A DNA stretch of 64,000 nucleotides from Planctomycetota bacterium. Lineage in GTDB: Bacteria > Planctomycetota > B15-G4. Both the position numbers and the translations under genes were made by a program. The stretch's first letter is position 1; the number at the start of each line of letters is the position of its first letter. Under the pieces are notes generated by a model, which was not told the origin of the DNA, searched no databases, and saw only the letters and a program-made list of their open reading frames with translations. Positions 46,677 to 55,826 of this stretch are shown here, one piece after another. The stretch is from positions 32,001 through 96,000 of the forward strand of contig JBBQUR010000014.1 of assembly GCA_038212275.1 (NCBI GenBank), written 5' to 3'.

Positions 46677-47795
46677 GACGACCTTGTCGATGACCAGCAC
46701 CGGGCCGTCCACCGTGGTGAGGAAGAGGCGACGACCGCCGAGTTCGACCTGCTTGCCGACGAGCGCCTCGAGCGTGGCCACCTCGGCCGGCGCTGTCAGC
46801 TTGAGGATCTCGCCGTCCTTGCCGTGGAGCGTGTAGACCGGCGAGCCCTCGATGCCTTCCTTGTGCACCGAGCCGCTGCGCGTGACGGCATCACCCTTGC
46901 CGCGGAAAGTGAAGCCGATGGCCAGCATCCGCGACTCCTTCTTCAGCGTGGCGACATCGATGCTGCTGGTCGGCGACGGGGCCACCGGCTGCGCGCGAGC
47001 GTCCTGGCGCACCTTCTCCGTCGCGGCGCTGCCCGCAGCAGACAGCTTGTCTGCGGCATCGAGGTCCGAGCGAAGCGTGCCGAGAATGGTGCGCGTGCGC
47101 TCCCATTCCGCGGCAGCCCACAGCTCCGCGAGGCGCGCACGGCGCGAGGCGCGCGCCGCGGCATCCAGCGTCGCGAGGTTCGTGTCGGCAAGCGCCTCGA
47201 CCTCGTCGAGCAGCGCGGCTTCGCGCTGGAAGAGCGGATCCGTGGCGCGCCAGCCGGCGACGGCGGCCTGACGCTGCTGCTCGCGCGTCGCGACCTGATC
47301 CGCCCACGCGACGGCGGCCGCCGGGTCGGTGACCGCGGGCAGCAAATCATCCGGGGCGTAGAGCGGCGTGTTGACGGGCGCGATCACGCGGGCCCAGCCG
47401 TCCACGACTCCGAGCGCTACGATCGGCCCGGCGCCGGCGGCACACTGCGCGATCGGCAGCAGGCCGTCGGCCGTCGGCAACAGGCGCATGTTCACGCGGT
47501 CGCCTCGCACCATGAGCGTCGCATCCGACGGCGACATGTCGAGGAAGTCCGTGTGCAGGTACACGGTGAAGCCCTGCGGCACGAAGACCTCGCGGAAGGC
47601 GCCGCGCAACTCGCCGGTGCGGACGACCGTGTTGCCGTCGAGCGTGACGACACCGGGAAAGTCCGCGCCAGGTCCGGCCCGCAGGACGGCGCCTGCGGTC
47701 GGCTTCGCGAAGGCCGCGCCGGGAAGACTGTCGCCGGCCGCGGGAACGGGGGAAAGTTGAAGCATCAAGGAGACAATCAGGATCATCGCGTTCAT
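46659..47795 (-). CDS. exported protein with two SH3b-like domains, a helical middle and an OB-like C-terminus
   Basis: Signal peptide; VLRAGPG..F..V and GDRVNMRLLP...GWARVIAP segments. Confidence 0.65.
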   Translation of the reverse strand: MNAMILIVSLMLQLSPVPAAGDSLPGAAFAKPTAGAVLRAGPGADFPGVVTLDGNTVVRTGELRGAFREVFVPQGFTVYLHTDFLDMSPSDATLMVRGDRVNMRLLPTADGLLPIAQCAAGAGPIVALGVVDGWARVIAPVNTPLYAPDDLLPAVTDPAAAVAWADQVATREQQRQAAVAGWRATDPLFQREAALLDEVEALADTNLATLDAAARASRRARLAELWAAAEWERTRTILGTLRSDLDAADKLSAAGSAATEKVRQDARAQPVAPSPTSSIDVATLKKESRMLAIGFTFRGKGDAVTRSGSVHKEGIEGSPVYTLHGKDGEILKLTAPAEVATLEALVGKQVELGGRRLFLTTVDGPVLVIDKVVSYRPR

Positions 47796-47849
47796 GTCTG
47801 GAAATCTTAGCGTAGAGGGGACGAAGTCCATGCCGATAAGGTGGCCAAC

Positions 47850-49535
47850 ATGCTCGCACTCTTCGCGCTGATTCCGATGTTCTTCTGCGCGCCCCACGGC
47901 GGGCAGTACATTCCTCCGGTGTCCGATGCCGAGAACCCGACGGTTCTGGACGGCGTGGTGGCGCAGCCCGGCCTCGGGCCGGAACTCGCCTTCTCGCCCA
48001 GCCGCTGGGAGTGGTGGTTCGACTTCAACCAGGAGCCGCTCCTGGACCTTCGGCGGCGGATGCCGGCCCGGGCACGACTGTCGGGATCCGGCTCCTATGA
48101 GCCACTGACCGCCGACGACCGGACCAGCGTCGTGCTCCCCGCCCTCGTGGCCGCCCTCCGCAAGCGGCCGCCCCCCGTCGGGGAGATCCGTCGCGAGATC
48201 AACAACCGGGACGTGCGCGGCGCCGCAGTCCTCGCCATGGGCCGCCTGGCCCTCCCCGAGGCGGTGCCCTACATCCAGGTCATCGTGGAGTCCGATCCGG
48301 ACCTCTTCGTCCGGACCCAGGGCGTGCTGGCGCTGGGCTACTCGGCCAGCCCGCAGGCCGTCGAGGGCCTCGTCGCGCTCTACCGCGACACCGCCGAGAG
48401 CGAGGAGATCCGGACCTACGCGGCGGTGGGCCTGGCCCTCGTCGGCAACGGACAGGCTGTGGACACGCTGCTGGCGTCGCTCAGCGAGAAGGCTCTCAAG
48501 GGCATGACCAACCAGCTCCGGGCGGCCACGATCTACGCGGCGGGGATCTCCGGCCAACCCAGCCTCGCGGTGGCGCTGCGCGCGCTGGGCGACTCGTTCC
48601 TGTTCGGCCAGGACCCGACCGTCCGGGCGCTCACCGCGGTCGCGCTCGGCCGCCTCGACGACCCGTCCTCCGTCCCGTTCCTGCTGCAGCTCCTCGGTGA
48701 CCCGGACAACCAGGTGCGGCGTTCGGTGGCGGTCGCCTTGCAGGCCAGTTCCGCCCGTCTCGACGCGGCCTCGGTCGCCACGATGATCGCGCATTACCGC
48801 AAGGACTCCGACCAGCTCACGCGCCTCAACCTGCTGCGCGCGCTGGGCTCGGCCCGGTTGCCCGAGTCGCGCGCCTTCCTGCACGAGACGCTGCAGACCG
48901 CCACGTACGAGTACCGTCCGCACATCGCCATGGCCCTTGCGCTCGACGGAGACGCTTCCAACGTCGCGCCGCTGCTCGTGGCGCTCGAGGCGGAAAAGGA
49001 TCTGTCGACGCTCTCGGCCTTCGCGGTGTCACTCGGCCTGCTGCAGGCCGGCGAAGCGACTCCTCCGCTGCTCAAGCTCTTCGAGACCCAGAACGATCCG
49101 ACGACGCTCGGCTACCTGTGCCTCGCGCTCGGACTCATCGATCCCTCGCAGCCGGAACTCTCGACACGCATCGCCTCGATCGCGTCGACGAGCCATGACA
49201 TCGAGGAGGTGCGGTCGGCGATCATCGCGCTCGGACTGCTCGGCGCGCGCAGTCAGCTCGACACGCTCGCGGCCGGCGTACCTGCCGTGAAGAGCTCGGT
49301 GGAGCGCGCCACGCAGTTGCACGGCCTGGGCCTTGTCGGCGACCGCAAGACGCTCAAGTCCCTGCTCGCGATGCTGAGCGACGAGTTGCAGCCCATCTAC
49401 GTGCGCACCTACACGCTGCAGGCACTCGGCGAACTGTCGGACCCCCGCGAGCTCTCGCCGAACTGGAAGCTCTCGAGCAACGTCGAGATGAGCCACGAGG
49501 TGGGCTTCCTCTTCGAGCTCTACCGCGTGCTCTGA
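47850..49535 (+). CDS. exported HEAT-repeat protein
   Basis: Signal then HGGQY and WEWWFDFN motifs; many VR..A..ALG repeats. Confidence 0.85.
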   Translation: MLALFALIPMFFCAPHGGQYIPPVSDAENPTVLDGVVAQPGLGPELAFSPSRWEWWFDFNQEPLLDLRRRMPARARLSGSGSYEPLTADDRTSVVLPALVAALRKRPPPVGEIRREINNRDVRGAAVLAMGRLALPEAVPYIQVIVESDPDLFVRTQGVLALGYSASPQAVEGLVALYRDTAESEEIRTYAAVGLALVGNGQAVDTLLASLSEKALKGMTNQLRAATIYAAGISGQPSLAVALRALGDSFLFGQDPTVRALTAVALGRLDDPSSVPFLLQLLGDPDNQVRRSVAVALQASSARLDAASVATMIAHYRKDSDQLTRLNLLRALGSARLPESRAFLHETLQTATYEYRPHIAMALALDGDASNVAPLLVALEAEKDLSTLSAFAVSLGLLQAGEATPPLLKLFETQNDPTTLGYLCLALGLIDPSQPELSTRIASIASTSHDIEEVRSAIIALGLLGARSQLDTLAAGVPAVKSSVERATQLHGLGLVGDRKTLKSLLAMLSDELQPIYVRTYTLQALGELSDPRELSPNWKLSSNVEMSHEVGFLFELYRVL

Positions 49536-49557
49536 CGGAGAGGCGCGAGCAGCGGGC

Positions 49558-52500
49558 TCAGCTCTGCGTGCGATAGGCCTCGTCCACCGGTCGCAGCGGG
49601 CGATTGAACCAGAGCGGGCGGCGCAGCCCGGACGGCCCCTTGCCGGGCCGCGTCCACGAGAGCCACTCGCGATAGACGGCCTGGCTCTTGTCCATGTCCA
49701 CGACCACGTCGCCGTAGGCATCGTCGGGGCCGGCCTTCACGACGCGCACCTTCTGGTGCCAGCAGTGCATGCCCGACACGGGGTCGGGATGCACGGCGTG
49801 CGTGATGTTCTGGTGCACGCCGCCGTCCTTCCACCAGATGCGGCGCGTGTCGGGGTCGGTGGTCTCGCCGGGCTGGGGCCCGGTCAGCGTGCGCATGCGC
49901 CAGCTCGAACCTTCCTTCGTGAACGCCACGGTGTTGACCGCCCAGCGATTCGCCTTCGGGTCCTGCTCGCGGCGCCAGCGCCCGATGTGGTGGCTGCAGC
50001 ACACGACGCCTGGCCGCACCGCCTCCGTCACCCAGACGCGATCCACGAAGTGACCGATCTCGGTCTCCACGCGCAGCAGATCGTCGGTGATCACGCCGAC
50101 GCGCGCGGCGTCCGACGTGTGCATCCAGATCGGGTTGCGGTGGCTGATCTCCGTGAGCCACTTGCTGTTGCTCGAGCGGCTGTGGATCAGATTGGGCAGG
50201 CGGAACGTCGGCAGCAGGCACATCTCGCCGCGTTCGCGGTCCAGGTTCTTCGGGTGCACGTGGCTGCGGATGTACGTCGGCACTGCGTACTCGGGCCAGC
50301 CCCACTCGGTCATCGTCGCCGAGAAGACCTCCTGGCGACCGGACGGCGTCGGGAAGCCCTTGCACGCGACGCCGTCCACCATGATGCCGAGCGTCGCGCC
50401 GTCGGCGCCGACGACGCGGCCGTCGTCCTCGGTGCGCGCCGCAGCCTGCACCGCTGCAGCGAGAGGCGTCTGGTGCTGCAGCAGCGCCGTCGTCTTCACC
50501 GCGAAGGCGCCGAAGCGCTTCATGTAGTCCAGCGGCGAGAGCTGCTCCTTGCGCGCGGCTTCCGGCAGGCCCGGCACGCGGTCGAAAATGTGGCCGTAGT
50601 AGTCGTCCACGCTGAGGCGCTGGCCCTTGCGCGCCGGGTCGGTGCTCTCGAAGTGCTTGCGGATGCCGAGCGAGCCGTCGGGATCGATCGCCCACGAGAG
50701 CGCGATCCAGAACTCGTCTTCCTCCCAGACCTCGCCGGGGTTGGCCTGCCACGTGAACTCGACGGGCCTGCCGAGGCGGCGCATGGCTTCGCGCAGCACG
50801 GGTTGGCGGAAGGCGATCCACACGCCATCGTGCGTCTCGTAGCTGTTGAGGTCATGGCGCTCGGGGCCGTGGCCCATCGGCAGCACGTAATCGGCGAGGA
50901 ATGCCGTCTCGTTCCAAGTGGGCGTGAGGGCGATGTGGCAGCCCACCTTCGCCTCGTCCGACAGCATCTCGATCCACGAGAAGCCGTCGGGATACGTCCA
51001 CACCGGGTTGAAGACGCGCGTGAAGTAGGTGTCCAGCTTCCCGCGGCCCTCGCGCAGGAAGTGCGGCAGCAGAAAGGACATCTCGTAGTGGCAGAGCGGC
51101 CATTCCTTCGGGAAGTGCAGCTCGTTCCACAGGCGCTGCGCCGGCGGATTGTTGGGCAGCTCGGGCACGAACTTGTTCCAGCCCGCGGGCGAAGTGCCGC
51201 CCTCCGTGCCGACGCTTCCGGTGAGCACGGACAGGAAGTGCAACGCGCGCGCGACCGCCCAGCCGCCGAGGTTGCCGCTGCCCGCCGCGCGCCAGGTGTG
51301 CGCCGCGAAGTGGCTGCCGGCCGCGCCGATGCGCCGCGCGACCGATGCGATCATCGCCGCATCGACGCCCGCCTCCGCCGCCGCAAACTCCGGCGTGTAC
51401 GCCGCGTAGTCCTCGATCAGCAGCGCGATGAAGTCCTCGAAGCGGGGTGCGTCGCCGCTGCTGCCGGCGGATGCGCCGGTCGTGGCGCCGGTCGTGGCGC
51501 CGGTCGAGGCGCCCGTCGCGGCACCGGTCGCGGCACCGGTCGTGGCGCCGGTCGCGGCGCCGAGCGAGCCGTCGCGAGTTGCACTGCGTGCTGCGGCCGG
51601 CGCGGCGCGGGATGCCGCGTGCCCGGTTGCGTCGGCGGTCGCAGAGTGCACTGCGCCATGGCCGGCGCCGTGCTGCGCCGCGGCGCCGAGCGTGCCGTCA
51701 GCCTGCTGCGCGCGGCGGTACCGCAGATAGTCGCGCCAGTTCACCCAGTTCTCGACGAAATGGCGGTCGTAGAGCCCTTCGGACAGCAGCACGCGCGCCA
51801 TCGCGAGCAGCACCGCGGCCTCGCTCCCGGGCATCGTCGGCAGCCAGTACGTGGCCATGCTCGCGGTGTTGCTGAGGCGCGGATCCATGACGGCCATCTC
51901 GGCGCCGGACTGCAGGCCCTCCATGATCCGCTGCGCGTGCGGATTGAAGTAGTGACCGGACTCCAGGTGCGCGGAGATGAGCAGGATGAAGCGCGCCTTG
52001 CTGTAGTCGGGCGAGGGGCGGTCGTACTTCTGCCAGAGCCCGTAACCGAAGCGCGCTGCGCCCGAGCAGACGTTCGTGTGGCTGTTGTGACCGTCGATGC
52101 CCCAGGCCTTGAGCACGCGGTCCATGTAGCCCTCGTGGCCCGGACGGCCGACGTGATACACGACCTCGTTGCGCCGCTCCTCGCGCAGCGCCTTCGCGAT
52201 GCGCCCGCCGATGTCGGCCAGCGCATCGGCCCAGCTCACGCGCTCCCACTGCCCGCTGCCGCGCGGCCCTTTGCGCTTGAGCGGATACAGGATGCGGTCG
52301 GGGTCCTTGACCTGGTTGATCGTGGCCGGACCCTTGGCGCAGGTGCGGCCGCGGCTCGCCGGGTGGCGCGGATTGCCCTCGAAGCGCGCGACGTCGAGCG
52401 TGTCCTTGTCCACGTAGGCGAGCAGGCCGCAGGCGCTCTCGCAGTTGAAGCACGTCGTCGGCACGAGCATGCGGCGACGGCGCACGCGCTCGGGCCAGCG

Positions 52501-52671
52501 GCCCGCGGCGTTCTCGAGCCAGTCGTCCCATTGCGACTCGGGCGGGAACGCGACGAGCCCGTTCGCGCCGGCGATGGACGGCAGGTCGGCCTCGCCACCG
52601 CCGAGGCGCGGTATGAGGCCGATGGATTCGGCCAGGCGTTCGACGAAGCGGCGCCGGTCCTTGAAGCTCAT
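49558..52671 (-). CDS. molybdopterin (Mo-bisPGD) oxidoreductase catalytic subunit, DMSOR family, Psr/Phs/Ttr-like
   Basis: FS0 motif CFNCESAC...CAKG, RILYPLKR.G.RG.G.W, HTNVC (putative Cys ligand), DPRLSNTA, ETA..ADYVLP, C-terminal WMH..DA. Confidence 0.9.
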   Translation of the reverse strand: MSFKDRRRFVERLAESIGLIPRLGGGEADLPSIAGANGLVAFPPESQWDDWLENAAGRWPERVRRRRMLVPTTCFNCESACGLLAYVDKDTLDVARFEGNPRHPASRGRTCAKGPATINQVKDPDRILYPLKRKGPRGSGQWERVSWADALADIGGRIAKALREERRNEVVYHVGRPGHEGYMDRVLKAWGIDGHNSHTNVCSGAARFGYGLWQKYDRPSPDYSKARFILLISAHLESGHYFNPHAQRIMEGLQSGAEMAVMDPRLSNTASMATYWLPTMPGSEAAVLLAMARVLLSEGLYDRHFVENWVNWRDYLRYRRAQQADGTLGAAAQHGAGHGAVHSATADATGHAASRAAPAAARSATRDGSLGAATGATTGAATGAATGASTGATTGATTGASAGSSGDAPRFEDFIALLIEDYAAYTPEFAAAEAGVDAAMIASVARRIGAAGSHFAAHTWRAAGSGNLGGWAVARALHFLSVLTGSVGTEGGTSPAGWNKFVPELPNNPPAQRLWNELHFPKEWPLCHYEMSFLLPHFLREGRGKLDTYFTRVFNPVWTYPDGFSWIEMLSDEAKVGCHIALTPTWNETAFLADYVLPMGHGPERHDLNSYETHDGVWIAFRQPVLREAMRRLGRPVEFTWQANPGEVWEEDEFWIALSWAIDPDGSLGIRKHFESTDPARKGQRLSVDDYYGHIFDRVPGLPEAARKEQLSPLDYMKRFGAFAVKTTALLQHQTPLAAAVQAAARTEDDGRVVGADGATLGIMVDGVACKGFPTPSGRQEVFSATMTEWGWPEYAVPTYIRSHVHPKNLDRERGEMCLLPTFRLPNLIHSRSSNSKWLTEISHRNPIWMHTSDAARVGVITDDLLRVETEIGHFVDRVWVTEAVRPGVVCCSHHIGRWRREQDPKANRWAVNTVAFTKEGSSWRMRTLTGPQPGETTDPDTRRIWWKDGGVHQNITHAVHPDPVSGMHCWHQKVRVVKAGPDDAYGDVVVDMDKSQAVYREWLSWTRPGKGPSGLRRPLWFNRPLRPVDEAYRTQS
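51473..51562. repeat. in-frame 12-bp tandem repeat (about 7.5 copies) encoding GA(A/T/S)T units inside the Mo enzyme
   Basis: GCGCCGGTCGTG GCGCCGGTCGTG GCGCCGGTCGAG GCGCCCGTCGCG GCACCGGTCGCG GCACCGGTCGTG GCGCCGGTCGCG GCGCCG. Confidence 0.9.
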
Positions 52672-54299
52672 GACATCGGCACCATCTGCGGCGCGCGCAC
52701 CCAGACGTCGTTGCGCATCACGAGCGACACGAGCGCGGCCAGCACAGCCACCCACCAGAATCCGAGCGAGCCCGGCAGCGGCCCCATCGGCAGCAACAGC
52801 AGCGCCAACAGGAGCACTGCAAGCGCCGCGCAGCCGACGAAGCCGATCCAGAAGCGCTTCGCGAGCGCGCCGGTGTGCATGAGCTGCGCGGCGCGCCCCG
52901 CCGCTGCGGTGCTGTGCGGCAGCGCGATCTCGGCCCACGCGAGCAGCAGGTCCGCCAGCAGCCCGGCGATGAGCAGGCCCGACGCCGTGAACATCAGGAG
53001 AGTGCGCGGATCGAGTTTGTCCGGGCCCGGCGTCACGAGTGGCAGCATGCACAGCAGGTACGTGGCCGCGCCGCCCGCGACGGCCGCGTGCACGAGCATG
53101 TGCAGCGGCGCGAGCGGGCTCTGCCACAGGTCACGGCCCTTGGCCTGCGCGAAGAGGAAGGCCGTGTAGATCGCCGTCGGGAAGCACAGCGCCAGCGTGA
53201 CCCACGCCAGCACGGCCTGCGCGGTTCCCCAGTTCATCCACACCGACAGCAGCCACGCGGAACTCGTCGCGCCCAGCGCGGAGAGAATCCACGCGCCGCG
53301 CACGAGCCAGCTCCGCGGATTGCCGCGCAGCAGCACGTAGAGGAAACGGTCGGGGCGATCGAGATCCGCGACGAGCAGCGCGCCGGTCGCGGCCTGCATG
53401 AGGAGCGAGAGCAGGCCGGCGGCGATCAGGGTCTCGCGCGGCACCTCCACGCCCAGCACGAGCAGCGCGAGCAGCGGCACGAGCAGCACGCCAGCCGCGA
53501 CGGCCTTCGTGGAGAGATAGGCGGACACCTCCCAGCCCCACAGCGTGCCGTTCTTCGGCGCGTCGTAGACCTTGCGCGGAATGCCCTTGCCGGCGCCCGC
53601 ACCGTCGGCGCCGAGGAAGCCCGCAACGCCGAGACCCGCGAGCGGGCGTTCTTCGGCCGTGCTCGTCGCGCAGCCGTGCCGGTCCGGCTTGCTCTCCACC
53701 GCGATGCTGCGCGGCTGGTTGTCGGTGGCCAGCGGCTCGAGCGCGGAGCGGTCGCCGTCGATGTAGTAGAGCGACGGCGAGGTGCCTTTCTCCGGGCGCC
53801 GCACCTGCACGGGTTGCGTGGCGAGCAGCTGGCTGATGAAGCTGCCCGCGTCCATCACGTCGCCGGAGACGATGGCCTGCTCGGGGCACGCCACGACGCA
53901 CGCCGGCTGCAGGCCGCGGTCCACGCGGTGGCTGCAGAAGTTGCACTTGGCCGCCGTGTGGCTGTTCGGGTCGATGTACAGCGCGTCGTAAGGGCAGGCC
54001 TGCATGCAGCCCTTGCAGCCGATGCAGCGCCGGTTGTCGAAGTCCACGATGCCGTCGTCGCGCGTGTAGAGCGCGGAGGTCGGGCAGATCTCCGTGCACG
54101 GCGCATCCGCGCAATGGTTGCAGCGCATGACGTGAAAGGAGCGGCGCACGTCCGGGAAGTCGCCGGTCTCCACCTGCTTGACCCAGGTGCGGTTCACGCC
54201 GATGGGCACGTCGTGCTCGGACTTGCAGGCCACGGTGCACGCGTGGCAGCCGATGCACTTGCGATTGTCGATCAGGAAGCCGAAACGAATGGGAGGCAC
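52668..54299 (-). CDS. 4x[4Fe-4S] electron-transfer subunit fused to NrfD/PsrC membrane anchor
   Basis: CIGCHACTVAC, CNHC..APC..ICP, CIGCKGCMQACP, KCNFC...PACVVACP; then WGWEVSAY, DLDRPDRF, SWLVRGAW, YTAFLF...LW and about 8 TM segments. Confidence 0.9.
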   Translation of the reverse strand: MPPIRFGFLIDNRKCIGCHACTVACKSEHDVPIGVNRTWVKQVETGDFPDVRRSFHVMRCNHCADAPCTEICPTSALYTRDDGIVDFDNRRCIGCKGCMQACPYDALYIDPNSHTAAKCNFCSHRVDRGLQPACVVACPEQAIVSGDVMDAGSFISQLLATQPVQVRRPEKGTSPSLYYIDGDRSALEPLATDNQPRSIAVESKPDRHGCATSTAEERPLAGLGVAGFLGADGAGAGKGIPRKVYDAPKNGTLWGWEVSAYLSTKAVAAGVLLVPLLALLVLGVEVPRETLIAAGLLSLLMQAATGALLVADLDRPDRFLYVLLRGNPRSWLVRGAWILSALGATSSAWLLSVWMNWGTAQAVLAWVTLALCFPTAIYTAFLFAQAKGRDLWQSPLAPLHMLVHAAVAGGAATYLLCMLPLVTPGPDKLDPRTLLMFTASGLLIAGLLADLLLAWAEIALPHSTAAAGRAAQLMHTGALAKRFWIGFVGCAALAVLLLALLLLPMGPLPGSLGFWWVAVLAALVSLVMRNDVWVRAPQMVPMS

Positions 54300-54444
54300 T
54301 CCGCGACGCGACGGACTCTGGCCACCGGCTCGCCCGAGTGGTCGGTGATGGCGAGCCGGAACTCTATCAAGCGGAGGCGCCTGACAGCGCGATCGTGTTT
54401 GCGCCCCGCACCGCCTCCGCGGTCAGCTTGGGCGGGTGCTGCGC

Positions 54445-55620
54445 TCAGGCCTTCGCCTTCGCGGACTCCAGGAAGCCGGCGAAACGCTTGAGCGCCTCGC
54501 GGATGTTCTCGACCGAGTTGGCGTACGAGAAACGCAGGAAGCCGTCGCCGTGCGCGCCGAAGGCCGTGCCGGAGAGGCACGCGACGCCGGCCTCGTCCAG
54601 CAGACGTGACGCGAGCACCTTGCTGGAGAAGCCCGTGCCGCGGATCTCGGGGAAGGCGTAGAAAGCGCCCTCGGGCTCGACGCAGTGCACGCCGTCCAGC
54701 GCGTTGAGCCCCGCGACGATCACGTCGCGCCGCTTGCGGAATTCGCCGACCATGTGATCCACGCTGCCCTGCGGGCCGTTCAGCGCCTCGACGCCGGCCA
54801 TCTGCGTCATCGCGGCCGTGCAGCTCGTCGCGTTGGTCTGCAGGCGCGCCATGACCGGCACGAACTCCGTCGGCATGATGCCGTAACCGAGACGCCAGCC
54901 TGTCATGGCGAAGGTCTTGGAGAAGCCGTCGAGCACGACCGTGCGCTCGGGGTCGGACCACTTGAGCAGCGTGTGGTGTTCGAAGCCGTAGGTGATCCGG
55001 CTGTAGATCTCGTCGGAGAGCACCCAGAGGCCGTGCTTCGCCGCGAGCTTGCCCACGGCCGCCAGGTCGTCGGCCGTCAGCATGCCGCCGGTCGGGTTCG
55101 CCGGCGAGTTGACGATGAGCAGCCTGGTGCGCGGCGTGATGAGCGACTCCAGCTCCGCAATGTCCACGCGGAAGTGGCGGTCGACGCGCAAGGGCAGCGG
55201 CACCGCCTTGGCGCCGCAGTAGTTGATCATCGATTCGTAGATCGGAAAGCCCGGATTCGGATAGATGGCCTCGTCGCCGGCCTCGAGCAGGGCCAGGCAC
55301 ATGAAGAACATGCACGGCTTGCCGCCGGGGAAGACGACGACCTGCTCGCCCTTTACGGGGACGCCGCGACGACGCGTGAAGTCCGCCGCGATCGCCTCGC
55401 GCAGCGCCGGCAGGCCTGCGGACGGTCCGTAGTGCGTGAAGCCCTTGCCGAGCGCATCCTGGCCAGCCTTCACGATGTTGGCCGGCGTGTCGAAATCGGG
55501 CTCGCCGATCTCGAGGTGCACGACGTTCCTGCCCTGGGCCTCGAGGGCGCGGGCGCGGGCGAGAACTTCAAAGGCCGTCTCGGTGCCGAGACGGGACATG
55601 CGGCTTGCGAGCTTCATCAT
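54445..55620 (-). CDS. PLP-dependent aminotransferase class I/II (aspartate aminotransferase-like)
   Basis: LEIGEPDF, THYGPSAG..LR, NSPANPTG, SDEIY, GFSKTFAMTGWRLG, GAFY.F. Confidence 0.93.
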   Translation of the reverse strand: MMKLASRMSRLGTETAFEVLARARALEAQGRNVVHLEIGEPDFDTPANIVKAGQDALGKGFTHYGPSAGLPALREAIAADFTRRRGVPVKGEQVVVFPGGKPCMFFMCLALLEAGDEAIYPNPGFPIYESMINYCGAKAVPLPLRVDRHFRVDIAELESLITPRTRLLIVNSPANPTGGMLTADDLAAVGKLAAKHGLWVLSDEIYSRITYGFEHHTLLKWSDPERTVVLDGFSKTFAMTGWRLGYGIMPTEFVPVMARLQTNATSCTAAMTQMAGVEALNGPQGSVDHMVGEFRKRRDVIVAGLNALDGVHCVEPEGAFYAFPEIRGTGFSSKVLASRLLDEAGVACLSGTAFGAHGDGFLRFSYANSVENIREALKRFAGFLESAKAKA

Positions 55621-55665
55621 CCCGGCAAGGATAGGTGGCCCCTTTGCGGGCGGTCAACACGTCAG

Positions 55666-55761
55666 CTGGCTGGCGCGCTGGCCGACACGCCGGCCTGCAC
55701 GCCTGCCGACGCGCTTGCCGACACGCTGGTCGACTCGCTGGCCTGCACGCTGGCCGACTCC
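55666..55761. repeat. degenerate 12-bp tandem repeat (8 copies) in a divergent intergenic region
   Basis: CTGGCTGGCGCG CTGGCCGACACG CCGGCCTGCACG CCTGCCGACGCG CTTGCCGACACG CTGGTCGACTCG CTGGCCTGCACG CTGGCCGACTCC. Confidence 0.75.
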
Positions 55762-55826
55762 CAGGAATGGCAGTCGGGAGCGGCATGCTGGATCGGCGTC
55801 CGGCGGCGCTCCAGAATCGCGGACGC

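Noticed and set aside
51445..51715. Intein in the molybdoenzyme
   Set aside because: No Cys/Ser start or His-Asn end and no splicing blocks; simple low-complexity sequence
51473..55761. The 12-bp repeat tracts as CRISPR arrays
   Set aside because: Units are contiguous without unique spacers, too short, and there are no cas genes
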